Assembly: GCA_030141605.1 (NCBI GenBank)
Contig: JAQGDQ010000064.1
Location: 548,116 to 612,115 of the forward strand
Length of the DNA stretch: 64,000 nucleotides
Source of the DNA: Tubiluchus corallicola
Lineage: Eukaryota; Animalia; Priapulida
Reading direction: 5' to 3'
The notes beneath the pieces were generated by a model. That model saw only the letters and a program-made list of their open reading frames with translations. It was not told where the DNA came from and searched no databases. Of this stretch, positions 1 through 13,200 are shown in pieces. The first letter of the stretch is position 1, and each line of letters begins with the position of its first letter. The position numbers and the translations under genes are program-made.

Positions 1-1285
1 CTGAGTGCAGTGGAACATATTTTGTTGTGGTTTATTTCGAAATAAATTGCAAGCTGATAAATAAATAAGAAAATTTGGGCTGGTAGTACTGTGTTTTGTG
101 GTCAGAGACCAGAATACTAGCTAGAACTTATAGGGGAGTTGCAGGATTTTTTAAGAGAAGTAGGATGAGTTATGCTGAAGTAGGGTTAATGAGATTTTTC
201 TAATTTTTGAGCTTATATCTGTTGAAAAAAGTTTAATTACTGCGTATTAAAATTGCCTGCACTTGCTGTTCCAGCTAAATGAATCAAAAGAATATTAAGT
301 TGATTTTGTGTAATGGCAAGTACATGTTAATTGTTGTTAAGTTTGTAGACTTTGGTTAACTAGAAAGTAAGCATCACTGTTCTTGGATCAGGAATATCCT
401 ATTTGCCCATTTCTTGCCAAGTTTATGGTTTTCAGAAGAAGATCGTGAGAAGCAAGGTCACTTCCTGTAGTCGTAAAATCCGTTTTTGCGTACAAAATTA
501 CATTTCTTGGAGCAGATCCATTTGTAATGGACATGTCTGAGGGTTATATTGGGGCAGACTACCATTAGTCTATAATAGTCCATAGTTTCATGAAAAATTT
601 CAGCCTTGTAGGCTGACAACTGTGGCCTGTGCTGGTTTTCAAAGCTAAATTTGACAAAACACCACTGCTACCTGCACTCACTGACAACAAGAACGTGATC
701 AAGCTTTAGGGACCTGCACTTTATGCCAGATTCACTGCATTCAATCAATATCACACTATGGAAATATTGGTTTTTGTTGTGTCTAAATTATACTAATGGG
801 ACGTAATTGGATGATAATGTTTACTGTACAATCATAATTATACTGCATATTCAAGTATCTGACTACTAACTAGGACTTAACTAGATAATGAATGGACCAA
901 TTGCTAGCAAGAAAACCTGCATAGCATAGCCCTCTATGTATTATTTCACTGATCAAGTGTCACTGGTGGTATTTATAAGAAAAAACTGAAATTAGTTACC
1001 TAGGTTGTGCAGTTCCCCATCGTCATAAGGTGACTGACTTTCATAACTTAACACACACAATGGATAACATAGGCCTGCATTGATTTTGGTTCTTGCATAG
1101 TTGTACAGCACTGGAAATTGAGGATGTGCAGAGGGTCTGGGAAAGAGGTTGTGAAACGTATTTTGCAGTTTGAGCTATGTGATGTTGTCTAATAATATGA
1201 GTTATGATAACACTTGTCAATTTCATAGTTATTCACACAAGTAAGTGTGGTTGCATCATTGCTAATGAACACTTTATTTTCTCAG

Positions 1286-4200
1286 ACCTACATTTAAAGG
1301 TACTTCGTGATAATACCTGTTGTCCAGGAGCTTCACTGGTCATTCGATGGGTTAGAGGAGTATTTGATGCTTTGGAAAAGAAATATGTGAGTATAGAGTT
1401 GTAATACCTTTCTATAAATATATGTAATTTCTATGCAACAGCAGTACTAATTAATTTTGTGTTTTATAGACATTTTTTGCAAATTTCTTTGTTGTATTTC
1501 AGTACAAGTGATAACAATGAAATAAGCCCAACATGCTAATTGACTTATTGTTTCCTTTAATACAAAGCCTTCTATACGTCTTTTATATGTTTCCTTACTT
1601 AATTTTCACTCTTACTTATGTTTAGGCTCGAATGATGATTCTTGGTATTTACGCGGATCCTAAAAACCCAGACAAGCTTATTGAGTCGTATACATTCAAG
1701 TTTTCTTATGACAATCAGGGTGGTGTCAGCATTTACAGGTGAATTGTCTGTACTTTCTTTAATGCTAACATTATTTTTCTGCTTTCATTTGCAGCTCTCA
1801 TAGTCTTGCAGTTCTTATTGTTACAATTGTATTTTAAATAAGTGTAGGTAAAGTTTGCAGAGTGTGTGGTGAATGTAAAAATATGCCAAAACTGACTGCT
1901 TAATAGTGTTAAACCATTTAGTAAGGTTTTTAATTTTGTTATTAAAAAATAAGAGATATTTATGAGAAATATTTAGCTTGAAATAGGCATTGTGCATTTT
2001 GCATTATTAGTTCCTAATGTTTTTGAATTTTAAGATCTGGCAAAACTGGGTTTGACGTAAAATTTTTCCATTTCTTGACCAAGTCATTTTTAAATTGTGT
2101 ATTACTTGTTTACTTATTTTGTTGTGGTAAGTTTCTTATATAATGCTTTGCTAGTAACCATGTTAATAATGAATAAAGAAGAAAATAACGAATTAGAAGG
2201 AATATATATACATACCACACTACGGCATGTTTTTTGCTGCTAAAGTAAAATTATGAAACTTCTTTAGGTCTAGCATGTCAGTATAATACATGGCAAAATT
2301 TTCTTGTACTTGGAAAACAATGCAGTTTTGAAAAAAATTGCTTTTTAGTTATCGAATTAGTGCATTTTTTGTTTAGAAATGAAGACAGTATTATTGAAGC
2401 TCACTCTTCATCTGATACGCGCAAAGCTACGCTCATTCTGCTGCGAACTATTCTTATTCTTACACAGAATCTTGGTCCTCTTCCGGAGCATATCATGATG
2501 ACAATGAAATTGCTGTATTACGATGAAGGTCACTGATTCTACTACATTTTTGAGCGACTGCTAGTAATGGCTACTGTTGCCATATTGAGATTGCCTAACA
2601 TGCTTAAGATACTGCCTTTTAATATTTAAGCATTTAGCAGAGATATGATATATATCTCATGTTTGGGTTCTGTATCGGTATTTCAAATTGAGCAGTAATT
2701 TAGGAGAAGCAATAAACTGAGGTGGAACTATAGTGAGTATAAAAACTGATGTTCATGTGGTCAATGTTCATGTCTGCAAGTTCTGCTAGAATAGCACATC
2801 AGTCCTTACAACACACTTATAGTTAATGATTATTAATATATCTCCTATAGTAGAACGATGTGCACGTTTCTTTCGAGTTTAGCAACTATCTTTTTGACTA
2901 ATATAAAGATTTTATAAGCAGTTTATCTCAGATTTTAAATGTATGCATGTTTCTTTCAAGTTTAGCAAATATCTTCTTGACAACTATAAATATTTTATAA
3001 GCAGTTTATCTCAGATTTTAAATGTAATCAAAGTGTGGAACATGCAATCTGCAGTTTGGTTTGTTAATAATGGCTTATATATTAACTTGTTATTGGCCCA
3101 AGTTGTCTTTAAAGTGCTGGTTAAAGCTTACAGTTCCACACACACACAATGAGTTAGTTAGTGAAGCAGATTAGGATAAGGAATAGGGTTTGGGTTAGGT
3201 TAGAGTTTGGGTTTAGGTTAGGATTGGTTTTAGAGTTAGGATTAGGGTTAGGGTTAGGGTGGACTTCGGGTTTGGGTATTTAAATTGCTTGGGGAATTGC
3301 AAACTCCTTCGAAAGTGCTTTTCTTGATTTTTTAGTTACTCCTCCTGATTATGAACCACCTGGTTTTAAGTCTGCAGGCAGTGACAGTTTTGAATACGAA
3401 GATGATCCTGTTCACATCAGGGTTGGAGATATAGAAACACCGTTTCATTCGTAAGTTTTCTACATTGCATATTGCAAAAGTGTGATGCTCACACGAACAG
3501 TACTCAGCAATTTTTAATTGTCAAAAACTAAAACTAAATTTGCTAACTAAAAACCTATGTAAACAATTGCATTTGAGTAACCAAATGGGGAAAAACTTTG
3601 AGCAAATGGTTGTTTCAAGTGAGTCTTACATTGCATGTACACAAATGTGCTTGGTAAGACATTGCAGGACACTGTAGACAAGCAAACCTTATGGAAATAC
3701 TGTTTATGCCACACTGCTTAAAGTAGTTCTTCTTTATTTTAAAACACGCTAAATCACTTTCCCGTCAGCATATTGCTGTGTGATAGGTATTTAGCTGATA
3801 GTGATCACCTTTGAATGCATACTGATCACGCTTTACGGATTGTGCATTACACACATGGAAGCATTTTATGTGTTTAAATACATACTGTTGTATACGCAAA
3901 CTGTTGTTTGCACTGTTGTATAGATGATCACAGATCATCCATCACTCATTACCCTTTACACGGAGTCCTACCTCTACACAATTCGATACTGTGCAAACTG
4001 GGATCCAGCACTTAATGGCAAGCTTACTTAATATATGATTGGTGGTAAGCCACTGAACTGGCAGAAATGTCTCAATGAGGTTAAATACCTATGATAGTAT
4101 GGCATAATGTGTTTTGAAAATGGCAGTCACCCATCCGTGTACAGATAAGGTGCGGCATTGTTTAACTTTGGTTGCTAGCACAAGTAGCACAGCTCATAAT

Positions 4201-7200
4201 CCAGTTTACCTATAAGCTTTGACAGCTGGCTGTATTTTGTTATTGGTCAAATTGTAAATTATGACCTGGGATAAAAATTGTCATGATTTTGTTATTCAGT
4301 GGGCGCTGAATTTATTACACTCACGATTAGTAGAGTCGGTCGCTCAGATTGGCTCAAGAACATTTGATACAGGCCACTCCTGTCCAAATGTATATAAAAA
4401 CCGTCAGTAATTGACTCAAATAATTCTGCATAATTGACTCAATATTTTTGCTTCAGGTACTTAAAGTAAGATACTTGTGTGTGATCAAATAATTTTTGGT
4501 ACTTTTATGTCATTTTTTTCTTTGCCTTTGTGCTGTGTAGTATATATAGCAACGACCATGTTAAGTACCATTCTGTTTGTAAGCAGGTGTGTTTATTTTG
4601 CACTAATATGTTGGCTTAGCATTTTCTTTTGAATCTGTCACCCACTCGTCTGCTGCAGTTAACCTCGCTGCCCAAAGAATTTATGGGAGCTTAACATTTA
4701 AGTGTGTTTTAAGCTCTTGATGCTTTTCACAGAACGTTTAATCAATTAAGTGTTGATGTTATGCAACCAATGCAGCAGGCAGTTACCCTGGCTGTAATCT
4801 GCCAGTATTCTTCGCAACTTTACAAGCGTAAATACCATATAACAACTAAGAACATAGAGTTAATTTTGAAAAATAGAACATAAGCGTAAAAACCTAACAT
4901 TTATTAAAATTCTTGTGACCTTTGCAGTGCCTACTAAGCTGAAGAGTGATGACATACTTCTATACTAGTAATACTACACCCGCCGGCTAACAGATTCATT
5001 TGGTTAATTGGGTCAACACTCTCCCATCCCAAACTCTCCCTATTAAACCGCGCGTACTGTGTAGTATGTTAAAATGTTTTGAACAAATTGCATCTAGTTC
5101 TTTAACATTTCTATTTGCTATTGTTTAAGCATTATGCATTATAAAAGGAAAGTTGTGTTACTTCTGAGTTATAGGTTGTTTGCTGTTTTCTAGCATGAAG
5201 ATGAGGGTGAAAGTGTCCAAGCGTTATTTTGAAAATACCACTGACAGCCGAGATCGAAAACAAGCAGTGAAGTCATGTGATGGGAAAAAAGCATTTGATT
5301 TGTCTGATTCCGATCAAGCAAATCATTCTCAAATGGAGGTTGATGAGGTATGCTTTGAAATTTGTTATATGCAGTATACTCTCAATTATCCAATTACGAA
5401 TTAAAACCATTGTAGATTATCTGGGAACTACAAGACTTTAGTTCCCTCGTTGTAGGTATAATAATATGGGCAAATCTATGAATAACTTACAGCTACCTTA
5501 TTGATTTGTAAAAATATAATTTGTATTCAACTGTATAAGTGAATCTAACTATTATATTTATAGGTATTTTAAGTCTTTAACAATTTTTACTTGAAAAAAG
5601 GTGGCGCCATGGGTTTTAATAATGTAGATGTGATTTTGGAGAAGTCTTCAAAGTAATATTATTAATTAGTTAAATTGTCGAAGGTTAAGCAAAAACATTT
5701 TAGCAACTCCAAGACATGTAAGACTAGATGTATTTGAATAAACTACTTTCGAGTGACTGAAGGAATATTCTATAGGCTAAATTTTTCTTCTTTGCAATCT
5801 GAATTACACCATCATTCATCCATTCTTTTTTACCTGTCTTCCTTTTAGTGCAAAACTTAGCAGTAGGTACGAGCGCATCTGGTATGTCACACAACGTAGA
5901 TTTAAAATCATTGTATGCATCTTCTGTTTGACAATTCATGGGTAAATTTTCCCATTGCACATTATCTAGTTCATTATGGATTTGCGTAATTATTAAATAA
6001 TGGCTTATAACGGTAGCTTACATTCTTGTAGCAAAGTTTCAATTGAAATTTTAAATCATTGTGGTGACTCACACCTAGCGGAGCAATGTGTACCAAATTT
6101 TGAACACCATTTTCTTCTTTTCTAAATACCAAGTCAAGAATGATTGCCTCAATAGTTTGTCAGTTGATATGCATAAAACTATCTCTCACCCTTTTTAGGA
6201 AAACAACATACAACAAAACTAAGAAAATTTGGCAGATCAATAAAATTTGAACTGTAATTGCTGTAGTGAACTTGATAGTATAAAAATACTATTATGTTAT
6301 GGTTAAATATCCATATTATTTTAACAGTTGTATTTATAAATTTTGACAGTTTTTAGATAATCCAGATAATCAAGTCCCATATGTGTCAGTTTACTTGTTT
6401 CCTAGACTTTTTCAAAATTGTATGATAGAACTGATTATTACCTTTGCATATTATTGCTTTTGCTTTCTTATTTAAGTTGCTATTTCTGCATGAGAATGAC
6501 TATTGCTGCTTATTTTAGTTGTTATACATTAATGCATTTGCATAGTTATTTTTACTTTATTTTGGTTTTGTTTTTGATCTTTGCTTCATAAGAATTGAAA
6601 AGCATGAATAGCTGATATATTTAGTGGATTGATTTAAGCAGAGCCTTCAGTTTTTTTGCTATTATGTTGTTTATCTTGCCACACTTAAGCTTAATTGATT
6701 AATGTTTGTGAGATAGTTACACAACACAACAGTGCTTTTGTTTGAATTATGTTATGTTTTTTTCTGAGTATTGAATATGTATTTGATTTGCTTATTATTT
6801 GGGCCTAGCCTTTGCTTTGCTTTCTTATATTTAACTTGCTTTGTTATTTTGCTTGATTTTTACTGCATTCTTTGACATCATATTTAACTACATTTATACA
6901 TTATTAAATTAATATTTTTCTGTCTATGCTGTAACAGTACTGTGCCACTATGCCGTCTAAAAACTTGCTTTTAATATTTTTGATTGCTATGCACTAGGTG
7001 TCACCAATGAAATAAGCTCAGATAACGTTCACACCATAACACGTATTAATGTAGGCCTGTTCATCAACGTTTCATAATAAAATCCACGGATTTTTTTTCT
7101 TGCCACTGCATACTGTCTATGTCCATACTTTTTCAATGGAGATACATCTTGATGATAAAATAAATTTATAAAATTATTAAAATATTAAAAGGAAACTAGT

Positions 7201-10200
7201 TCTGAATGTCATTATTGAACTGCTCAAGCTGAGCAGAAGGGCATATATGCTTAACAGAAGAGAGTATACTATATACAAAAATTGTCAAGTGTAGGACATG
7301 GGTAAACTCAGTATACTTTCTTATATCCCACTACACCACTGAATTCAGCAGCAGACCTGACAGCTTACATTGGCAACATGATACATTAGAGTTGACCAAC
7401 TGGATAACCAGGTTGGACGGTGACTAGCCAGTAAGTCGTAATACTAATGCCCTGATAGGACAACTAATCTGGTGTAGGAGAATGCCAGCTCAATTGAGAC
7501 CATAGTGCTAGCTTTCACATACTGTCTTAAGAAGGAATTAAATAAATCATTTGTTTATTTTTATTTTGCAATTTCCATGAAAGTATTTTGTACTAATGGC
7601 TTTTTAATATTTTCTTTTTAACAGAACAATGATTTAGAAAGTGATAAGCAGGAGAATTTTGTTGACGAGTCAAGTGAACACCATGAATCTCAGTCAAAGA
7701 GGGATACTAAATGTCAGAATGATGAGACACCTACAACAGCCGATAGTGCTCCTCATACTAGCCCAGTAGTTCCTACTTCCAAACGTGATCATTTTTGCAA
7801 TGTTTGAATTCACTAAAACTGAAGTACATGTTGGTGGTGCATTGATAACGATCAGTAGTTTTCGTTATGTCACAATTCAGCAAAATTTGTAACTATCATT
7901 TTGAGCGAATGCAAATTGCAATGTGCACTTTTTAACTCCTTTTTTTAATATATAGCTAATTACAATTAGTTAAATTTATTTATTCCAAAAGTAATATTGG
8001 TTTACCAAATGATGATTTGATAATATTTTGTACACTCTTAATGTACTTATACTGTTTTTTTTATTACTAAGATGTCTCTTTTTGTTGCTAAGGTGATGTG
8101 AATGCAGATAAGCAAACTCCACAACCAGATGATGATGATAACACTGTGAACTGTGCATGTGGATGTAATGAGGTAGGTTAGCTTGTCTTTGCAACCTTCA
8201 TTCTGTCCTTCAACATTAGTTTATTTGAAAAGTCTTGAATAATCTCTCACTCCATATTAAGAATTATTCATCCATTGGTAGATTTAAACATAACCTGCGT
8301 AACTTTCTTGGATTTTAGAACCTAAATATTTAACTCATGGTATTATTTCAGTTTGTATTCATTGCACTTCCCTTAGAATAGGTTTCTCACACATTATGTA
8401 CATATTTGTATAAGTATTTAATCATTACGGTGATGATAGGCATAAAGATGTTTGTGGTTTTGTTGCCGAATTTGGTATAAACATTGTGCTTGAATGCCCT
8501 CCTCATAGTGCAAGTAGACAGCAACTTGTACAGTACACAATTTATCCTCTGTGCATCAAAACAACGGAATACCATTTAGTGTGTGTTCATTTTAGTCCAT
8601 TATTAAAGCATGATCAATTTATTGCTCTTTTCGATACGGTTAAAAAATTCATTAATGATACTTGGTAGATTTTTAAGTAAATAACCTAACTTGTGCTTTT
8701 TCTTAGATAATCACATTTTTTCATGCAATTGACTTGTAAAAGTAAAACATGGAAAAAGTTTTTGCACATTGAGTAAGGTCTTCATATTAGCTTTGCTGTT
8801 AACAAAAGAGCACTTTATATGTGAAAATTAATAAAAAAATATGTTTATAATTGCCTGCACATATGAGTTTCCATTTTAATGAAACATATTCTGACATAAA
8901 TGGATGCTTTCTACCTTCTGCAAGCTTGTGGCCTCCCTTAAATTTTTCAGCTGTTTTTGTGCTAAATTTTAGGATGATGGGCTGATGATATGGTGCAGTG
9001 AATGCTCCACTTGGCAACATGGCCTTTGCTTCTTAATTGTACTTGAGGATCAAGCACCTAAGATACACGTCTGCAATAGCTGTGCTTCGGTAAGTGCAAT
9101 GTAACTAAAGATTGCACTTTGCTCTTATGTCTTCATTCTGTAGCAAAGGCAACAAATTTTCACTATTTTTACTTTGCTCAGTAGAAATGTTGGATAATTT
9201 ATAAAAATCATGAAATAAGAAAAGAATGAAAATGACATTTTTGTTTGCCAATGTCGATTATCTTCAGGAGAAAAAGTAGAAAAGAAGAAACCACAAAAAA
9301 TTGCTAAATATGGATTTTACTTTATTTATACATTGAAAATACTATAGTGATAGATACAGACATAGAAAAAAGTGCAACCGTAACAGTAAATGAGATCGTC
9401 AAATAATCGCAAAGCGCCTTTGCGGATTGGATTCTTTTATGGTTTTCTTTTGCTGCTACTGTACACTTTTTTCATGACATTTCATGTCCTTTAAGTGGTA
9501 TTTTTTAATGTGTTAGTAATACAAAATCAAAAAAGTTAATAGCAATTTATTGGTGTTTTTCTTTTTATTTTTTTACCTGAAAATAATCCACAATGGTGGA
9601 CTGAAATATTTTTCATCTTTTTTATTGTGTAAATTTTTGTTAATCGGATTTCTTATTGCTATTGAGAATTATCTTTGTGGTGTAAATTTGGATGGTATTG
9701 AGCAAATGTCATAACTTTTTTGAGTGCATGAATGTCCATTTCAGAAAAACCCTGATAATGTTGGTACGGATCCTCAACTTACAGCTATGACCCCGGAAGA
9801 TGCCAAGGTAAAATAAGACTATTCCTAGAAATAAGTCAACTTTTTGCTACAATATTTTTGCATTACATAGTTGTTAAAATTTATAAAAAATATGCAAAAA
9901 CTGTCCCATACTCAAACACAATACAGAGCACCACACTTCGACGTTTCAGCTAATTTCTCTACTGCATTGAAACAACTAGTATAGCGCCCATTTGCAAAAA
10001 ATAAAAACATGCAACATGCATTACGCATAATTTGGCTACCAGCTATACTTTTCTGGAATAAATAAGAAATGACTTTTACGGGCATATTGCAAAAATTGCA
10101 CTTTATTCCCTATTCTTGCAACATGAAAATACTTTTGTCTTGTTTGTTTGGTGATTAGACAAAGTTGGGTTACTTGATTTTAAGCTTCACCTGTGTTATA

Positions 10201-13200
10201 TCTAATGATATATAGAGTCTGCAGGCTTTCCTAGACACACCTCTGCATTTGCCTTCTTAGGACGACTTGTGTCATTCCATAGGTTTTAGAAGTCAACAGT
10301 AAGGATAGCATACGTCGCGTTACAGCATACAACCTTTATGAAATACTTGTCTTTGAATAAACGGATGAGTGACATGAGTGAAACACAGAAATGAGAAAGT
10401 ATGCTCACATGATGCACTGCAGATTATATCAACAGTACTTTTCCATCAGTAGCCACTGTGTATTAGCTAGGTTTTGTAACTTACTAATTTTTTATTTATT
10501 TACGATTTGTTTGTATTTGTTTAGCCCAAACAATACAGTCATGTTAGAGAATTAGTGCACAAAAGGAATGCAACGTTATCCTTATTGTAACACCCTCTCA
10601 CAACATACAAAAAGAAAATTGGATACAGTCATTCCGAAGGAACAGAAATTTAATTAAGCCCTGGGAAGTTTACATAAAGTGCACAAGCATAAATTGGGGG
10701 ACTAACTTTGACCATTGCAATTTCGATTTTACAACTTCTAAAAAAGAATGAACTTTACTAGTACTTAGAAATCAGACAGTAGTTATATCGTACAGTTCTC
10801 TGTTACTTAAAAAACTGAAGTTGCTATTTTCCTGTATACACCTGAACACAGTGCATTGTTATGAGTTATACTTTTGTGCTGAAGGCCACTTGTCTTTGGA
10901 GACGTTGCATTATGGCCTGTTTGGAATTCAATAGCCTGGTTCCTGCTAATCTTGCTACAAGACTAGGAGTGGACGAATCTGATGTTGTTGGACTCATTAG
11001 TCGTTTGCAGCAGGAGGGCTTTTTTAAACCTCAACGTGGAAAGAGGTAATGCAATCATCACTTTGCTGATTTGTCAAAGTGTTAACTTGAAACCTAAATA
11101 CAAATTTTAAGATCAATTGAAATTTGTATGCCTTATATCAACTAGTGTGTTCTGGGATATTTAAACAAAAAATGTGATGTATTTCAGAGTTAGTTACAGA
11201 GTCGACAAGAAGAAAGTGAAAGAAGAGGCAATTCCGCGTTATATAAAGAACATAGGTCAAACTGGAAAACTATCAAAGAGGTTTGTATTTGTGATGAAAC
11301 ACACTACACCATGGTTTTGTTGTGTATGTGCACTATTACATTTTAAAATGTGTTGTTCATCAAGGGCCAATTTTTGCCCATGTTCAAAATCATGGTGTTC
11401 ACTAAACTGTTTATAGTCTAGCGAATTCTTCTAAAATGCTTTATCAGGCGAGATTTATCATACTAATATTACTATATTTTTATATATAGTTTTTATATTT
11501 TAGTTTGGAGTGCAACAAAAACACGAGTAAAGATACAGCAGCTAGGAACAAGGTTAGTTAATATATCGTGTTGGTATTATTGTCATTTAACAATTTTTAG
11601 TCTGAAATGCTTACTTTGTCAAGATAACCAGATTTTCAGGCTTTTCTATAAGATGTCACTCTGACTGAAGAAATAAGCTTTCGTACATTTTTGTTATAGA
11701 CCAACTTTTTTGCAGCCTGATGGACTTTAAATTTATCTGTACAATTTAGTAAAGTGTTATTAAATTCTAAAATTACTTATTGAAAATCCCTAGTCAGAAG
11801 AAAATATAAGTGTTATCATTAGGCAGTATGTTGCTAATATGTGAATATTTCAGAGTCTTGAATGTGCAAGTAGACGAGTTATTAATTTCAATGCATCATT
11901 AATTTTTGTCCTTTAATGCAACTGTGTGCTTTTAATCCCTTTACCGCCAAGAATGTGTGTGTGTGTGTGCGTGCGTGCGGGCGCGTGCGTGCGTGATGGC
12001 ATTCGTACATGCATGCATGCATGTAAGCTGTGTGCCACAGGTTATATTCCTTTTATGGATTTTTTTTATTTATGAATTTAAATTCTCCCAAAACATCATG
12101 AAGGTTTATAGATGTGTAGAATCACTAAAATAAAAACACAAACGCATTTTGGCACAAATTAAAAATTCTAGGTAGCTCCAATAACCATTTTTATGGGGAG
12201 TACTTTAGAAATTGTAATACAGAATCTATTTCTGCTGCTATGAATAAGACAGAAATATGAAGACTTTATACTCAAAATGGCTGCCAACTTTACTATCTAC
12301 TTTGCTACTTTATATTTTATATCCTTTACAATGTATACACAATTAAAATGCTAAATCTTTTAGCTACAAAAATCTCATTCATTCAGTCATTTATTTAGAA
12401 GGTTTTCCATTATTCACTTGCTTATTTGTGATATTTATATCAGTGAAATAAATTGACTGATTGATTGATATTTATTTTGCAAAAGAGTCTACAATTACAT
12501 TCTGTAACAAAGTTGCCTGTACAGAATACAGTAGATTCCATATAGATTGTCAGAATAATTAAAATGTAATACATCTATTCCTAGAAAGAAATTTTTTTTA
12601 ATTGTAGCCTGAGACATCGAAGAACAGGAGCAGAGGCCAAAAAAGGGTTATTTCTATCCGTGATAAGGTATTTCCGTCTTATGAAGATTATTTTTCACTA
12701 CACTTTTTAGAAATTTACAGATCTTTCCACTACCCAAAAGTCTTTAGCACTATGAGAACAATGCCTTCTATTCGTTGTAACAATTGAATATAGTCAGTAG
12801 TAAATTTTATTCTAAATAGCTGATGTGAACAAGTTTCACAGAAACAAGATGTATCGTGTTTTAAAGGAATGTTTAAAAACTATGAATCATTCTTTGGTTG
12901 CTCACTTATTGCATTTTTACTGCCCAACTGCCTGCATATGTCATTTAGAATACGATTTAGCATTGTCAGGGAATCCATTAGATCAATAAGCTATTTAGAA
13001 TACCATTTCTCATTGCTAAAGATCCGTTTTATCAATTATCTTGTCTCAAGTCACTTTGTCTCAACATCGGATTATAAAAACTGGCTAAGAATTTGCATGC
13101 ACAATGAGAATGAGAATCAGACCGGCTTCACGGCAAAAGGAAGAGAGTACAACTAAAATAAACACAATACTGCAGTAACGAATAATAATGATTGTAGTAA

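Noticed and set aside
4122-4175. 5S rRNA gene
   Set aside because: Only ~50 nt of diverged similarity; fits a 5S-derived SINE remnant.
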